DNA of 64,000 nt from a virus (taxonomy: Duplodnaviria; Caudoviricetes). Shown here piece after piece: positions 1-8,499 of the stretch. The notes beneath the pieces are model-generated. The model saw only the letters and a list, made by a program, of their open reading frames with translations, was not told where the DNA came from and did no database searches. Where the stretch lies: the IMG/VR virus record IMGVR_UViG_3300025789_000018; one strand, given 5' to 3'. Both the position numbers and the translations under genes were made by a program. Within the stretch, counting starts at the first letter, position 1. The number at the start of each line of letters is the position of its first letter.

Positions 1-574
1 TGAGACATAGCCAAAGTGCTGTCTTGTGACCGTATATATTTGGAAGCGAAAAGCCTTGAGTATAACCTCTATATGCTACTTCATTATTAAATGCAATCAA
101 AGCATCATAATACTTACTGATGTCACCGGCACAGTCTACGATTTCTTGGATGTCAAGCATCCCATCAAAAACTCTAGATGGATCAGAGTAAACATTACGA
201 ATAATGTGTGTATAAGACCTTGAATGGATTGTTTCACTAAATGCCCACGTTTGAATCCAAGTCTCAAGTTCTGGAAGTGAACAAATAGGAAGAAACGCCA
301 ATGAAGGAGCGCGGCCTTGTACAGAATCCAAGAGTATCTGACGTTTGAGATTACTCGTAAATATGTGCTTTTCATGTTCATTCAATCCCTTAAAATCTTT
401 ACCGTCTCGAGACAAATCTATTTCTGTTGGTTGCCAGAAAAAAGAATTTTGTTTTTCTGTTAATTTTTCAAAAATAGGATATTTCTGCCGATCGTATCGG
501 GCAGTATTAACTGTATTGCCGAAGAAACATGTTTCTTTAGTAGCATCATTATATACAGAATTAAATACTGACAT
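1..574 (-). CDS. nrdB: Ribonucleotide reductase class Ia beta subunit (5' part; runs off window edge)
   Basis: Not in the ORF track. Manual translation from ATG at 574 gives MSVFNSV...[33 protein letters not shown]...[17 protein letters not shown]...[14 protein letters not shown], typical NrdB with iron ligands D (LDS) and E-x-x-H (ETIH). Confidence 0.97.
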   Translation of the reverse strand, partial: MSVFNSVYNDATKETCFFGNTVNTARYDRQKYPIFEKLTEKQNSFFWQPTEIDLSRDGKDFKGLNEHEKHIFTSNLKRQILLDSVQGRAPSLAFLPICSLPELETWIQTWAFSETIHSRSYTHIIRNVYSDPSRVFDGMLDIQEIVDCAGDISKYYDALIAFNNEVAYRGYTQGFSLPNIYGHKTALWLCL

Positions 575-1142
575 TAATATGTACCTTCATATGATTTTTG
601 ACATTAGCTTTTGTTATTTCTTTACCACAAACTTCGCATTGAACTCTTGGTCTGTTCTTTGCTGCTTCTGATATGTTTTTAGCATGGGATTCTGATTTAG
701 ATTTGAAGTACCCTGTTTTGTTTAATTTTGGTCTAGAAGCTCTTCTTTTTTGTTCTTCAGAGAATTTTTCTGGGTCATTTTCTCGTCGTTTACGTATAGA
801 ATTCCTCATCTTAATTTTAGATTCTTCTGTATGGAAACGTCCTGTATGGTCTATAGAATTCTGCTGAGAAAATTTTCTTTTTATCCACCCATATGATTTG
901 TTATTTCTATTTGCCATCATATTTGCAGCATATATTAGTTTATATTCGTTTGGATATATTTTTACTAGCAATAGATGCGCTATATAGTGTTCTTCTGGAA
1001 GAAGATATACTAAATTATCAGAATCGTCATTACCATCCATACACTTAGGAATGATATGGTGCTGTTCATAGTATTTTTGTTTATCTTTCGTTCTATCTAT
1101 GGATTTTTGGATTAATTTGTTATAGTGTGAGCGATAGTCCAT
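561..1142 (-). CDS. Free-standing HNH homing endonuclease (MobE-like) with NUMOD3 and C-terminal Zn-finger
   Basis: [35 protein letters not shown] motif; [15 protein letters not shown]3-like; CEVCG..H tail; overlaps nrdB start by 14 nt. Confidence 0.9.
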   Translation of the reverse strand: MDYRSHYNKLIQKSIDRTKDKQKYYEQHHIIPKCMDGNDDSDNLVYLLPEEHYIAHLLLVKIYPNEYKLIYAANMMANRNNKSYGWIKRKFSQQNSIDHTGRFHTEESKIKMRNSIRKRRENDPEKFSEEQKRRASRPKLNKTGYFKSKSESHAKNISEAAKNRPRVQCEVCGKEITKANVKNHMKVHINVSI

Positions 1143-1161
1143 ACAAAAATCTCCTTTACTT

Positions 1162-1169
1162 TATTTATG
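1162..1169 (-). promoter_or_regulatory. Probable T4-type late promoter (CATAAATA) upstream of HNH gene
   Basis: One mismatch to TATAAATA, directly upstream of AAGGAG SD and ATG at 1142. Confidence 0.55.
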
Positions 1170-1185
1170 AGCCAGAAGAATCCTA

Positions 1186-1674
1186 TTATGGAATACGGAC
1201 ATTTATTTCTTTCTCCATTAGAAAACCATGCTTGTTATGGTCGTAATAGTGTTTTAATAATTTAAGATTGGCAAATCCTAACGATTCATATAGCTTTCTA
1301 GCAGCGATATTATCTTCGCGAACATGTAGCCTTGCATACTTATACTTCATTGTATTGATGAAGTCAAGCACGTTTTCAACAATAATGCGGCCATACCCTT
1401 TGCCGCGATGAGCTTCGGATATGGCCACACTTTGTATATACGTATATCTTCGTTTGCGAATTATCCAGCAGTAACCAATTACTATTTCTGGATTACTCTG
1501 AATAAAAATAGGAGACTTCACAGTTAAGATGAATATCTCATTATCATTAAGAGCCAATTTAATATCTTTTTTGCGAATGATTATGTTCGCATCAAAAGAA
1601 GTCTTTTCTATTGCATAAATTTCTTTAAGATGCTCTTTTGTAGCGAGCTTAAAGGATGGGTTATAGAGCGCCAC
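1186..1674 (-). CDS. GNAT N-acetyltransferase, RimI-like
   Basis: Motif A SVAISEAHRGKGYGR and motif B LHVREDNIAARKLYESLGF; GTG start. Confidence 0.88.
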   Translation of the reverse strand: MALYNPSFKLATKEHLKEIYAIEKTSFDANIIIRKKDIKLALNDNEIFILTVKSPIFIQSNPEIVIGYCWIIRKRRYTYIQSVAISEAHRGKGYGRIIVENVLDFINTMKYKYARLHVREDNIAARKLYESLGFANLKLLKHYYDHNKHGFLMEKEINVRIP

Positions 1675-1825
1675 TATCTTCGCTAATTACTTCTATAGAG
1701 TATTCAGGAACTTCATTTAGCTTCAGCAAACCCTTATATTCTACAACAAGAGAATTCTTGGGTGTATGGAAATCAATGAGTTCTGAATCATCTAGATGGG
1801 TAGGTGTAACGGTAACATATTCCAT
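1661..1825 (-). CDS. Small hypothetical protein (54 aa, MEYVTVTPTHLDDSELIDF...)
   Basis: Manual translation; strong AGGAG SD upstream; fills the gap between nrdA-b and the GNAT and overlaps the GNAT start. Confidence 0.7.
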   Translation of the reverse strand: MEYVTVTPTHLDDSELIDFHTPKNSLVVEYKGLLKLNEVPEYSIEVISEDSGAL

Positions 1826-1842
1826 TTTATATCTCCTAAAAT

Positions 1843-2853
1843 TTACAACTTACAAGAATCGCAATCAACCTCAGCTTCGTCAACCATACTTATGGGTAAT
1901 GGCTTATCTTCCATTTCTCCAGCACCATCATTAGTGTTGAAGTAGTATAAAGTCTTACCACCATATTTATAGTGCATAAGGATATGCCCAAGGATTTCAG
2001 ACATGGGAATTTTATTATCAGGATAATGTGTTGGATTATATGATGTGTTGACCGATATGGCCTGATCAATAAACTTCTGCAACACAGCCATGATCTTCAG
2101 ATAGCCTTCGGGTGATTTCTGGTCCCATAGCAATTCGTATTTATTCTTTAGTGTACGGATACCAGGTACGACCTGCTTTAGTACACCATCCTTAGACTGC
2201 TTAATTGATACAAGCGCGCGAGGTGGTTCAATACCATTTGTTGAATTACTTATCTGAGCTGATGTCTCTGCTGGCATGAGTGCCATTAGAGTAGAGTTAC
2301 GAATACCAACCGTAGCTGCACGAAGAGCAAGACTGTCCCAATCCATCTTATAGTTTGGTTGAACTAGTTCATCGACTTCCTTCTTGTATGTATCAATAGG
2401 CATGATTCCACCTGAGTAAAGCGTATCAGTATGCTTAGGACATGGATCTACTTCTTCTGCCAAGTCGACCGAGGCTTTGATAAGATAATAACTCCATGCT
2501 TCAGCATACTCATGCACAAGATCGAGATCTGGATCAGAGTAACTGCTATCATTACGAGCCAGCCAATAAGCAAAATTAATGATGCCGATGCCAAGAGGAC
2601 GACGGTTGCGAGTACCAATAGCAGCGGCTCTAACAGGATAGTCTTGATAATCCAGTAGGGCATCCAGAGCGCGTACAGCAATGGTGCATGGCTTTTCGAA
2701 GTCAGCTGGCTTTCTAATCTTTCCCCAATTGATCGCACTTAACGTACACAACGATATTTCTGATTTACAATCAGATTCGAAAACTTCTGTAACATAAACA
2801 TGTTCCTTATCTTTAGTGTCGATACTGTCGACAATTTCATATTTAAAATCCAT
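1843..2853 (-). CDS. nrdA: Ribonucleotide reductase class Ia alpha subunit, C-terminal fragment (NrdA-b)
   Basis: EISLCTLSAIN (E. coli C462 equivalent), RRPLGIGIINFAY, PAETSAQISNSTNGIEP, TLYYFNT (Y730/Y731), C-terminal CDSCKL; own SD (AAGGA). Confidence 0.95.
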   Translation of the reverse strand: MDFKYEIVDSIDTKDKEHVYVTEVFESDCKSEISLCTLSAINWGKIRKPADFEKPCTIAVRALDALLDYQDYPVRAAAIGTRNRRPLGIGIINFAYWLARNDSSYSDPDLDLVHEYAEAWSYYLIKASVDLAEEVDPCPKHTDTLYSGGIMPIDTYKKEVDELVQPNYKMDWDSLALRAATVGIRNSTLMALMPAETSAQISNSTNGIEPPRALVSIKQSKDGVLKQVVPGIRTLKNKYELLWDQKSPEGYLKIMAVLQKFIDQAISVNTSYNPTHYPDNKIPMSEILGHILMHYKYGGKTLYYFNTNDGAGEMEDKPLPISMVDEAEVDCDSCKL

Positions 2854-3448
2854 TTTGTTTCCTTAAATGCTTTGCTAGATTCCCCAGATCCCATTCACGG
2901 CGGCAGCACACACAACAGGCTTTCTTTCCTTGTAAGTGTTTCGTGCCATTGGGCTGTTTTTTAAGATTATACTTACCGCGTTTCTTTCCTAATTTTGCTA
3001 ACCGCATCTTTTCTTTAGTTTCATCTGACGCCTTGACAACACCGACTAAACCTTTATTCCAGGCTTTTTGACCCATATGACCTAAAGAATTGTTGATTCT
3101 ATGTTCCGTCGATTGCGGACCTATCTTTCTACCTTTAGTTTTTATACTCATGGCGGCATAATCTCTAAAAGCAGACGTATCTCCACCACTTCCATTTTCT
3201 TCAATAAAATTAGCCCAGTTAGGAGAATTAACCACATCCCATAATTTGGAATAGTATAACCCTTGTTCTTTTATTTCTAATATATCATCAGATTGAAATA
3301 GAATCTCTGTCTCAATATCTTTACCATATTTGTTCAGTTCTCTTTTCCATCTCTTCCCTGAACCCAGGTATTCGAACGGATTTTGTTCTGTCTTACCAAG
3401 ATATTTAAGTCCAGTAACTTTATGCGTTTTAACATATAGTGTAATCAT
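2843..3448 (-). CDS. Free-standing GIY-YIG homing endonuclease (Seg-like) with NUMOD3 repeats, inserted in nrdA
   Basis: LYVKTHKVTGLKYLGK...YLGSG N-terminal GIY-YIG module; SDETKEKMRLAKLGK and KAWNKG NUMOD3-like motifs; C-terminal Cys/His finger. Confidence 0.88.
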   Translation of the reverse strand: MITLYVKTHKVTGLKYLGKTEQNPFEYLGSGKRWKRELNKYGKDIETEILFQSDDILEIKEQGLYYSKLWDVVNSPNWANFIEENGSGGDTSAFRDYAAMSIKTKGRKIGPQSTEHRINNSLGHMGQKAWNKGLVGVVKASDETKEKMRLAKLGKKRGKYNLKKQPNGTKHLQGKKACCVCCRREWDLGNLAKHLRKQNGF

Positions 3449-3476
3449 AGTAGTGTTCTCCTCACTACTATTTATA
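3447..3476 (-). promoter_or_regulatory. Late promoter TATAAATA (3469-3476) overlapping a 9-bp hairpin that sequesters the RBS and start codon of the endonuclease
   Basis: Minus strand: ATAGTAGTG-AGGAGAA-CACTACTAT-G. The SD lies in the loop and the AU of AUG lies in the stem. Confidence 0.85.
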
Positions 3477-3478
3477 CT

Positions 3479-4933
3479 TTATCTGCTTTTAATTGGGGTG
3501 TTTAGATTATTTTTCTTCCATTCAAGATATTTTTGATACTCTTCTTTAGTCATTTTCATTGTTTTGACTACTGGGGCACCATCATTAATATCCTTTAAAG
3601 GTGTGGTGGGAAGTGTAATTTCCGCGCAGAGATTGCTCATCTTGATCAATGCCTTCTTTTTGTCAAATGAACCATGATCATTGGCATGGTCAACATTCAT
3701 CAGATAGATTCGTCCTGTATCTTTTCGCTCCTGAGCGAAGGCGCTGAATAGATCAATTGCAGGGATGCTTTTCTTTCTGATCTTTCCATTTCGTTCATAC
3801 TTCTCGTAAAGAGTACGGAACTTCTCAACATCAGAAAAGAATGCCTGGTAGAGATCCGGGCAGTCATGAGGTGAAAAGAGGGTGATATTACCTCCAGAAA
3901 GAAGTCTTTCATACATTACCTTATTAAACTGCACGCCATAATCAAGATGACGAACTCGGTTATCTTCAGTACCCTTATTGTTCTTAAGTACCAGAAGATC
4001 TTCTACTTCTAGATGCCAAATGGGATAATAGAGAGTAGCTGCCCCACCCCGAACCCCACCTTGGCTGCAGGATTTAACAGATGATTGCCAAAGACGATAA
4101 TAAGGAACAACGCCAGTAGTAATAACAGAACCATTACGAACAGGGCTATTAACGGCACGAAGACTGCCGCCGCCAATACCAATACCAGCTTTGTTAGCAA
4201 CGTATCTACCGATAGCCGTAGCACTAGCAAAAATCGAGTTAAGCGAGTCATCCGATTCGATGAGAACGCAGGAAGAGAATTGGCGGTCTGGAGTACGGAC
4301 ACCAGCCATAATAGGAGTAGGAAGGCTAATGTCGAATAGAGATAATGCATCATAAAGTTCCTTTACCCACTTAGTGCGGTCTGTTTTATAGTTCTGAAAA
4401 AGAGTCATGGCAATCAACATGAACGCCATCTGAGGCGTTTCATAAAACTGGCCAGTTTCTCTCGATTTTACTAGATACTTTCCACGAAACTGCTCCATTG
4501 CAGCATAGGTAAGAAGATTGTCTCGAGTATGATCAATGTATTTTCCAAGGTCAATCCATTCTTCATGACTATATGCAGTGTTTAGCTGCGGATCATAATA
4601 TCCAGCGCGCATAACAGCATCATAATGCATTAGTAGTGAATTTGGCTCATACTGACCATAAACTTGCTTACGAAGATTATAGTTGATTAGGCGACCAGCA
4701 ACGTATTGGTAATTAGGAGCGTCTTCATCAATAAGATCAGCAGCAGCCTTAATAAGAGTTTCCTGAATATCAGAAGTCTTAATTCCATTATAAAACTGAA
4801 TATGCGTCTTAATTTCAAGATCTGAAACAGAAACACCAGCCAAACCTTCACACGCAAATTCAGCTACTTTATGGAACTTATTAAGATCTAGCGTCTCTTT
4901 AGTTCCATCGCGCTTAATCACAAAAATCGTCAT
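3479..4933 (-). CDS. nrdA: Ribonucleotide reductase class Ia alpha subunit, N-terminal fragment (NrdA-a)
   Basis: ATP-cone (VIKRDG), FSSCVLI (C225 equivalent), GGVRGGA, SNLCAEITLP (N437/C439/E441 equivalents); start taken at ATG 4933 (MTIFVIKRDG); ends in a ~30-aa non-RNR tail. Confidence 0.95.
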   Translation of the reverse strand: MTIFVIKRDGTKETLDLNKFHKVAEFACEGLAGVSVSDLEIKTHIQFYNGIKTSDIQETLIKAAADLIDEDAPNYQYVAGRLINYNLRKQVYGQYEPNSLLMHYDAVMRAGYYDPQLNTAYSHEEWIDLGKYIDHTRDNLLTYAAMEQFRGKYLVKSRETGQFYETPQMAFMLIAMTLFQNYKTDRTKWVKELYDALSLFDISLPTPIMAGVRTPDRQFSSCVLIESDDSLNSIFASATAIGRYVANKAGIGIGGGSLRAVNSPVRNGSVITTGVVPYYRLWQSSVKSCSQGGVRGGAATLYYPIWHLEVEDLLVLKNNKGTEDNRVRHLDYGVQFNKVMYERLLSGGNITLFSPHDCPDLYQAFFSDVEKFRTLYEKYERNGKIRKKSIPAIDLFSAFAQERKDTGRIYLMNVDHANDHGSFDKKKALIKMSNLCAEITLPTTPLKDINDGAPVVKTMKMTKEEYQKYLEWKKNNLNTPIKSR

Positions 4934-5096
4934 CAGTAACCCTTCTGTATAATTTATCAACTTTTTGTTCTAGCTTATTTATTCTAGCTAGAAGGTGCGG
5001 AACACAACTATGAACCTGATACTCACCATCTTTGATCTCTTGGTTGCAGAGAGAACAACTTATTTTACTCTCTGTATAAATGAAGTCACGAATCAT
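4914..5096 (-). CDS. Small hypothetical protein with CxxC...HxC and coiled coil
   Basis: 60-aa ORF overlapping thyX stop and nrdA start; CSLCNQ...HSC. Confidence 0.6.
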   Translation of the reverse strand: MIRDFIYTESKISCSLCNQEIKDGEYQVHSCVPHLLARINKLEQKVDKLYRRVTDDDFCD

Positions 5097-5772
5097 TCTT
5101 CAATGCCTCAATAATAGCAGGGAAGCGTTCACCAATGATTTCCCAGCACTGTTCTGCTACGATACGATGTTCCTTCTGTGTTGCTTTGTCCATGCGAATC
5201 TGACAGTAGTGAACCCAAGAGCGAAGCGAACCAGACATAATAAGCACAGATTCCATCATACCCTCCGGCAGTACTCCTCTTGCAACTTCCTTAGCAACAC
5301 CATTTTCGATTGCCCATTTATAGGATTTCAATGCTGCCCTTTTGACAATATCTTGCGCATCGTCCCATAATGCTTCCAGATAAATATCATCTACATCAAC
5401 ACTATTCTGACGGTTCTTTGGATCCTGCAAACGCGCTTCACGAGTAACGAACTTCAAGTCCTTAGTGGGATCAGCATAACGCTGGCTATACTCTTGAAAC
5501 GAGAACGAACGATGACGAAGAATCTGTCGGGCAATGTCGCGTGTGGTCTTAATCTCCATTGAGATATGGACCATTTCAAGGGGTGACCAATGCTGATTTG
5601 TGATCAGATACTTGAGCAGCTTTGGTGCAGTCTGTGTGTTGTTCTGGTTTGATGGATTCGATACACGGGCACACCATGCCACTAGTTCGGATGCATCTGT
5701 ACAACCAGTATACTCATAATCAGGCTGAGTAATGCCTACAAGATTAACACTGCTCATAATCATCACTTTCAT
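5086..5772 (-). CDS. thyX: Flavin-dependent thymidylate synthase
   Basis: ARVS, HWSPLEM, RQILRHRSFSFQEYSQRYA ThyX signature, AREVL-like AKEVARGVLP, TQKEHR. True start may be a few codons downstream. Confidence 0.96.
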   Translation of the reverse strand: MKVMIMSSVNLVGITQPDYEYTGCTDASELVAWCARVSNPSNQNNTQTAPKLLKYLITNQHWSPLEMVHISMEIKTTRDIARQILRHRSFSFQEYSQRYADPTKDLKFVTREARLQDPKNRQNSVDVDDIYLEALWDDAQDIVKRAALKSYKWAIENGVAKEVARGVLPEGMMESVLIMSGSLRSWVHYCQIRMDKATQKEHRIVAEQCWEIIGERFPAIIEALKNDS

Positions 5773-6073
5773 AAAAATCAGAAACTGGAGGATTTACACT
5801 AATATAACTCACATCACCAATATCTACAGTTGTGCTAGAGTTACCCAATGCAGTAAAGGTAAAGGTGTGTTCACGATCATTTCTGTAGTCTTTATATTTC
5901 TTCAAGGCTACAGAGAAATCTTCATATGTAGTTCGAGCACTTGCTTCATCTTCAAAAAGAAACTTATTTGGTCCTGTCATATACTTGATATGCATTAGAA
6001 GTGACCAGTGCTTATGTTCTTTCAGAATAGATTTTAAATGTAGTGCATCATATTCATCTTTAGTCATGTTCAT
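5744..6073 (-). CDS. Hypothetical protein
   Basis: 109-aa ORF tightly coupled to neighbours. Confidence 0.7.
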   Translation of the reverse strand: MNMTKDEYDALHLKSILKEHKHWSLLMHIKYMTGPNKFLFEDEASARTTYEDFSVALKKYKDYRNDREHTFTFTALGNSSTTVDIGDVSYISVNPPVSDFYESDDYEQC

Positions 6074-6434
6074 TTAACTCCTTAATCATAGCAATTGCGT
6101 TTTCATATAGTTCTACATCTTCTTTTAGGTGACGGACTTCCCATTCCTCTTCTTTAGTCATCGGGATTGCACCCCAAGAGCCATCATCCTGAAGTCCAGT
6201 ACGGCGCTCAAGACACATTATTGTATCTTTCTTGAGCATTACATGACCGTCAATACGAGAAACTAAGTTATTGACAGGGTCTTTCAACCACTCATGTAAT
6301 CTGTTGAGTTCACCTGCAATTTCTTCCGCAGTTGGCTTTTTATCTGTCAAGCCAAGTTCATAGGCCGTGGTCACACCTATACGAGAGATATTATTATCTT
6401 CACGGTACTGCTTCAACTTTTCAATTTCACTCAT
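6060..6434 (-). CDS. Hypothetical protein
   Basis: 124-aa ORF tightly coupled to neighbours. Confidence 0.7.
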   Translation of the reverse strand: MSEIEKLKQYREDNNISRIGVTTAYELGLTDKKPTAEEIAGELNRLHEWLKDPVNNLVSRIDGHVMLKKDTIMCLERRTGLQDDGSWGAIPMTKEEEWEVRHLKEDVELYENAIAMIKELNEHD

Positions 6435-6819
6435 AAAAAGAATCCAATGTTGATAATGTAAGTTGCAGATGATATGGCTTCTTTTGTCGGATCATCTCAT
6501 CAATCATATTTCGAGTACCGTTAGACTTACCATCCCAGATAATGACTGCCGCATCTGCATATTCTGCCATCGCTTTATTTCTAGCAGCGCCGGCTCTCTT
6601 TCCGTATTTATTCCAATCTGCAGGCATTGATGTTACAGGAATACTTCTAGTTGTAGCCCATTGTTCACCAAGTTGATCTACACCAATTGCCGTACCGCTT
6701 ACAAGTTCAGTTATAAAGAAACCGCATGAATTGATAGCCTTTAGAACAAGTTCATAGTCATCAAAGATTGATTTGGCTTCAGGATCTTTATATCTGTTAC
6801 CTGCAACAATAACTTTCAT
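6427..6819 (-). CDS. SLOG-superfamily protein (YspA/DUF2493-like)
   Basis: MKVIVAGNR...LVSGTAIGVDQLGEQWA...ADWNKYGKRAGAARNKAMAEYADAAVIIWDGKSNGTRNMI. Start reassigned to ATG 6819. Confidence 0.85.
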   Translation of the reverse strand: MKVIVAGNRYKDPEAKSIFDDYELVLKAINSCGFFITELVSGTAIGVDQLGEQWATTRSIPVTSMPADWNKYGKRAGAARNKAMAEYADAAVIIWDGKSNGTRNMIDEMIRQKKPYHLQLTLSTLDSFYE

Positions 6820-6820
6820 A

Positions 6821-7345
6821 TCAATCTGCCTTTGCTGGTGTAAAGTCTGTATCAAGTGGTTCGATGTGTGTCTTGGTAAAGACAATAGGAACCGAAGGTA
6901 GTTCTTCTGGTACAGCAGTATTACCATAGTCATAACTGACTGTAATATGTGGATTAAAGTCTGGATAGTCGTGAGTAGCACCAAATTGTGCTCTAATAGA
7001 ATTATGATGTTCTACAAGCTCTGGACAATCAATCAAAGCAACCAGACAGTTCTTGAAGATTTCCCACTTGGATATTGTACCGGTCAGTGGCAGATCAAGC
7101 TTATAGTCCTTAACATCAGGAACACCCTTACGACTATAAATGATTGTGGTGTGATACTGCTTGGGATCAGTTGCATTGGGAATATTATGTGTGGCAACCC
7201 AAGCAGCTAGATCTTTCTGAGTTTTAGTAGATACATTAGCACACATGTAAGTGCCACCAGCATGATTCTTCACTTTTAACTTCTCCAAGAAAAGCATACG
7301 TTTACGAAATGTCATCATATAATGTGTTTTATTCTTTATTTCCAC
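6821..7345 (-). CDS. acb1: Anti-CBASS nuclease Acb1 (T4 gp57B-like 2H phosphoesterase)
   Basis: Two HxT motifs in Acb1 context: YHTTIIYSR and ATHDYPDFNPHITVSY; GTYM at N-terminus. Real start is probably one of the ATGs near 7315. Confidence 0.85.
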   Translation of the reverse strand: MEIKNKTHYMMTFRKRMLFLEKLKVKNHAGGTYMCANVSTKTQKDLAAWVATHNIPNATDPKQYHTTIIYSRKGVPDVKDYKLDLPLTGTISKWEIFKNCLVALIDCPELVEHHNSIRAQFGATHDYPDFNPHITVSYDYGNTAVPEELPSVPIVFTKTHIEPLDTDFTPAKAD

Positions 7346-7407
7346 ACATCACTCATAAAGTTCACATTCAAAGTCTGTCTTGCACATGAAACCAGTCATT
7401 TTTTCAC

Positions 7408-8430
7408 TCATACTTTTCTCCATTCAGCCAGCTTCATTCGAGCCATCAATCCATTATATGTATTCGCATTAATAATGGCCTGGAGATCCTCGTTCTCATA
7501 TCCGGCAAGGATCATATCGTTGATATCTTTCTCGTGAACATTGCTGGGCCATATGCATACATTATACCCTTTTTCAATGTTCTTGTCAAGCAATTTTACA
7601 ATCTCTTTATTACGCGGCTCATTGTCCAGCACAATAGTAAAATCAGGAAAGCTAGGCAATGAAACATCAGAACCGGCCATAGCTACACTATTGCTTATGA
7701 ACATAGAGTCAATCGGTCCTTCGAAAACGAAAACCTTTTTGCTTTTGTTGACAGTATCTAACCCATAGATTTTGGTCTTGTCTTTACGCAACATGATACT
7801 AATATATCGAACAGCATCATTCTTCTTCAAAGACCTACCTTGATACCCAAAGAAATTCTTATCTTCATCAAAGAACGGAATAACCAGTCGTGGCTCATCC
7901 CCCTGCTCTAGATTAAACTTATTAGGAATCATGGTGTTCGTCCATGCTTTAAACTTAGGAGCATAGAACATCTTTGAATGGTAGTAATTGGGAATCTTCC
8001 TACTAACCACATACTGCTTGACAGGATGATCCCACTTCAGCTGAGAAATCTTCTTCAGCTTAGAAAGCGGCTCACCCTTACGCAAATGATCAGGAAAAGA
8101 AAATTCTAGATTTTCAGTCTTTTTCTCAACCTTCTTGACTTCACCATCATTAAGGAAACGTTCTTTGACGTATTCATTATGAAGATCAGGATTGACTGTC
8201 TTAAGAAAGAATGGGAAAGTCATTCCCGCACCACAGTTGTGGCAGCGAAATCGCAGCTTGTCTTTGTTTTGGTAGATGTAGCCACGAGCCTTTGATGCAT
8301 TCTTTGTCGAGTCGCCACAGATTGGGCAACGACAATTGGCCAAGTAAGGCTCGTTCGCCTTTACCTTGAACCTTTTAAGACTTGATGAGAGTAGGTTGGC
8401 GTACTTGACGTCCATCCATGTATGATACAT
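7408..8430 (-). CDS. gp61: DNA primase (T4 gp61-like)
   Basis: Zn ribbon CRCPICGDS...CHNCG, GYQGRSL, TOPRIM VFEGPIDSMF, DNEPRNKEI, KDINDM. Confidence 0.96.
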   Translation of the reverse strand: MYHTWMDVKYANLLSSSLKRFKVKANEPYLANCRCPICGDSTKNASKARGYIYQNKDKLRFRCHNCGAGMTFPFFLKTVNPDLHNEYVKERFLNDGEVKKVEKKTENLEFSFPDHLRKGEPLSKLKKISQLKWDHPVKQYVVSRKIPNYYHSKMFYAPKFKAWTNTMIPNKFNLEQGDEPRLVIPFFDEDKNFFGYQGRSLKKNDAVRYISIMLRKDKTKIYGLDTVNKSKKVFVFEGPIDSMFISNSVAMAGSDVSLPSFPDFTIVLDNEPRNKEIVKLLDKNIEKGYNVCIWPSNVHEKDINDMILAGYENEDLQAIINANTYNGLMARMKLAEWRKV

Positions 8431-8462
8431 AAGCGTTATCCATTATCAAAACCACATTAGTG

Positions 8463-8490
8463 ATTATACCACAACAAGCAAAAATAGCAA
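8463..8490 (-). promoter_or_regulatory. Sigma70-type promoter upstream of primase
   Basis: TTGCTA-N16-TATAAT with TG extended -10 element. Confidence 0.65.
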
Positions 8491-8499
8491 GTTCTTTTT

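Noticed and set aside
2843-3480. Group I intron or intein interrupting nrdA
   Set aside because: Only ~30 nt of non-coding sequence flanks the endonuclease ORF, too little for a ribozyme core. Both nrdA halves have their own stop/SD/start, and there are no intein C/S...HN termini.
5086-5772. dUMP/dCMP hydroxymethylase as source of the modified base
   Set aside because: This gene has ThyX, not ThyA-fold, motifs. No ThyA-like hydroxymethylase or C5 methyltransferase is visible in the window, though the rest of the genome is unseen.
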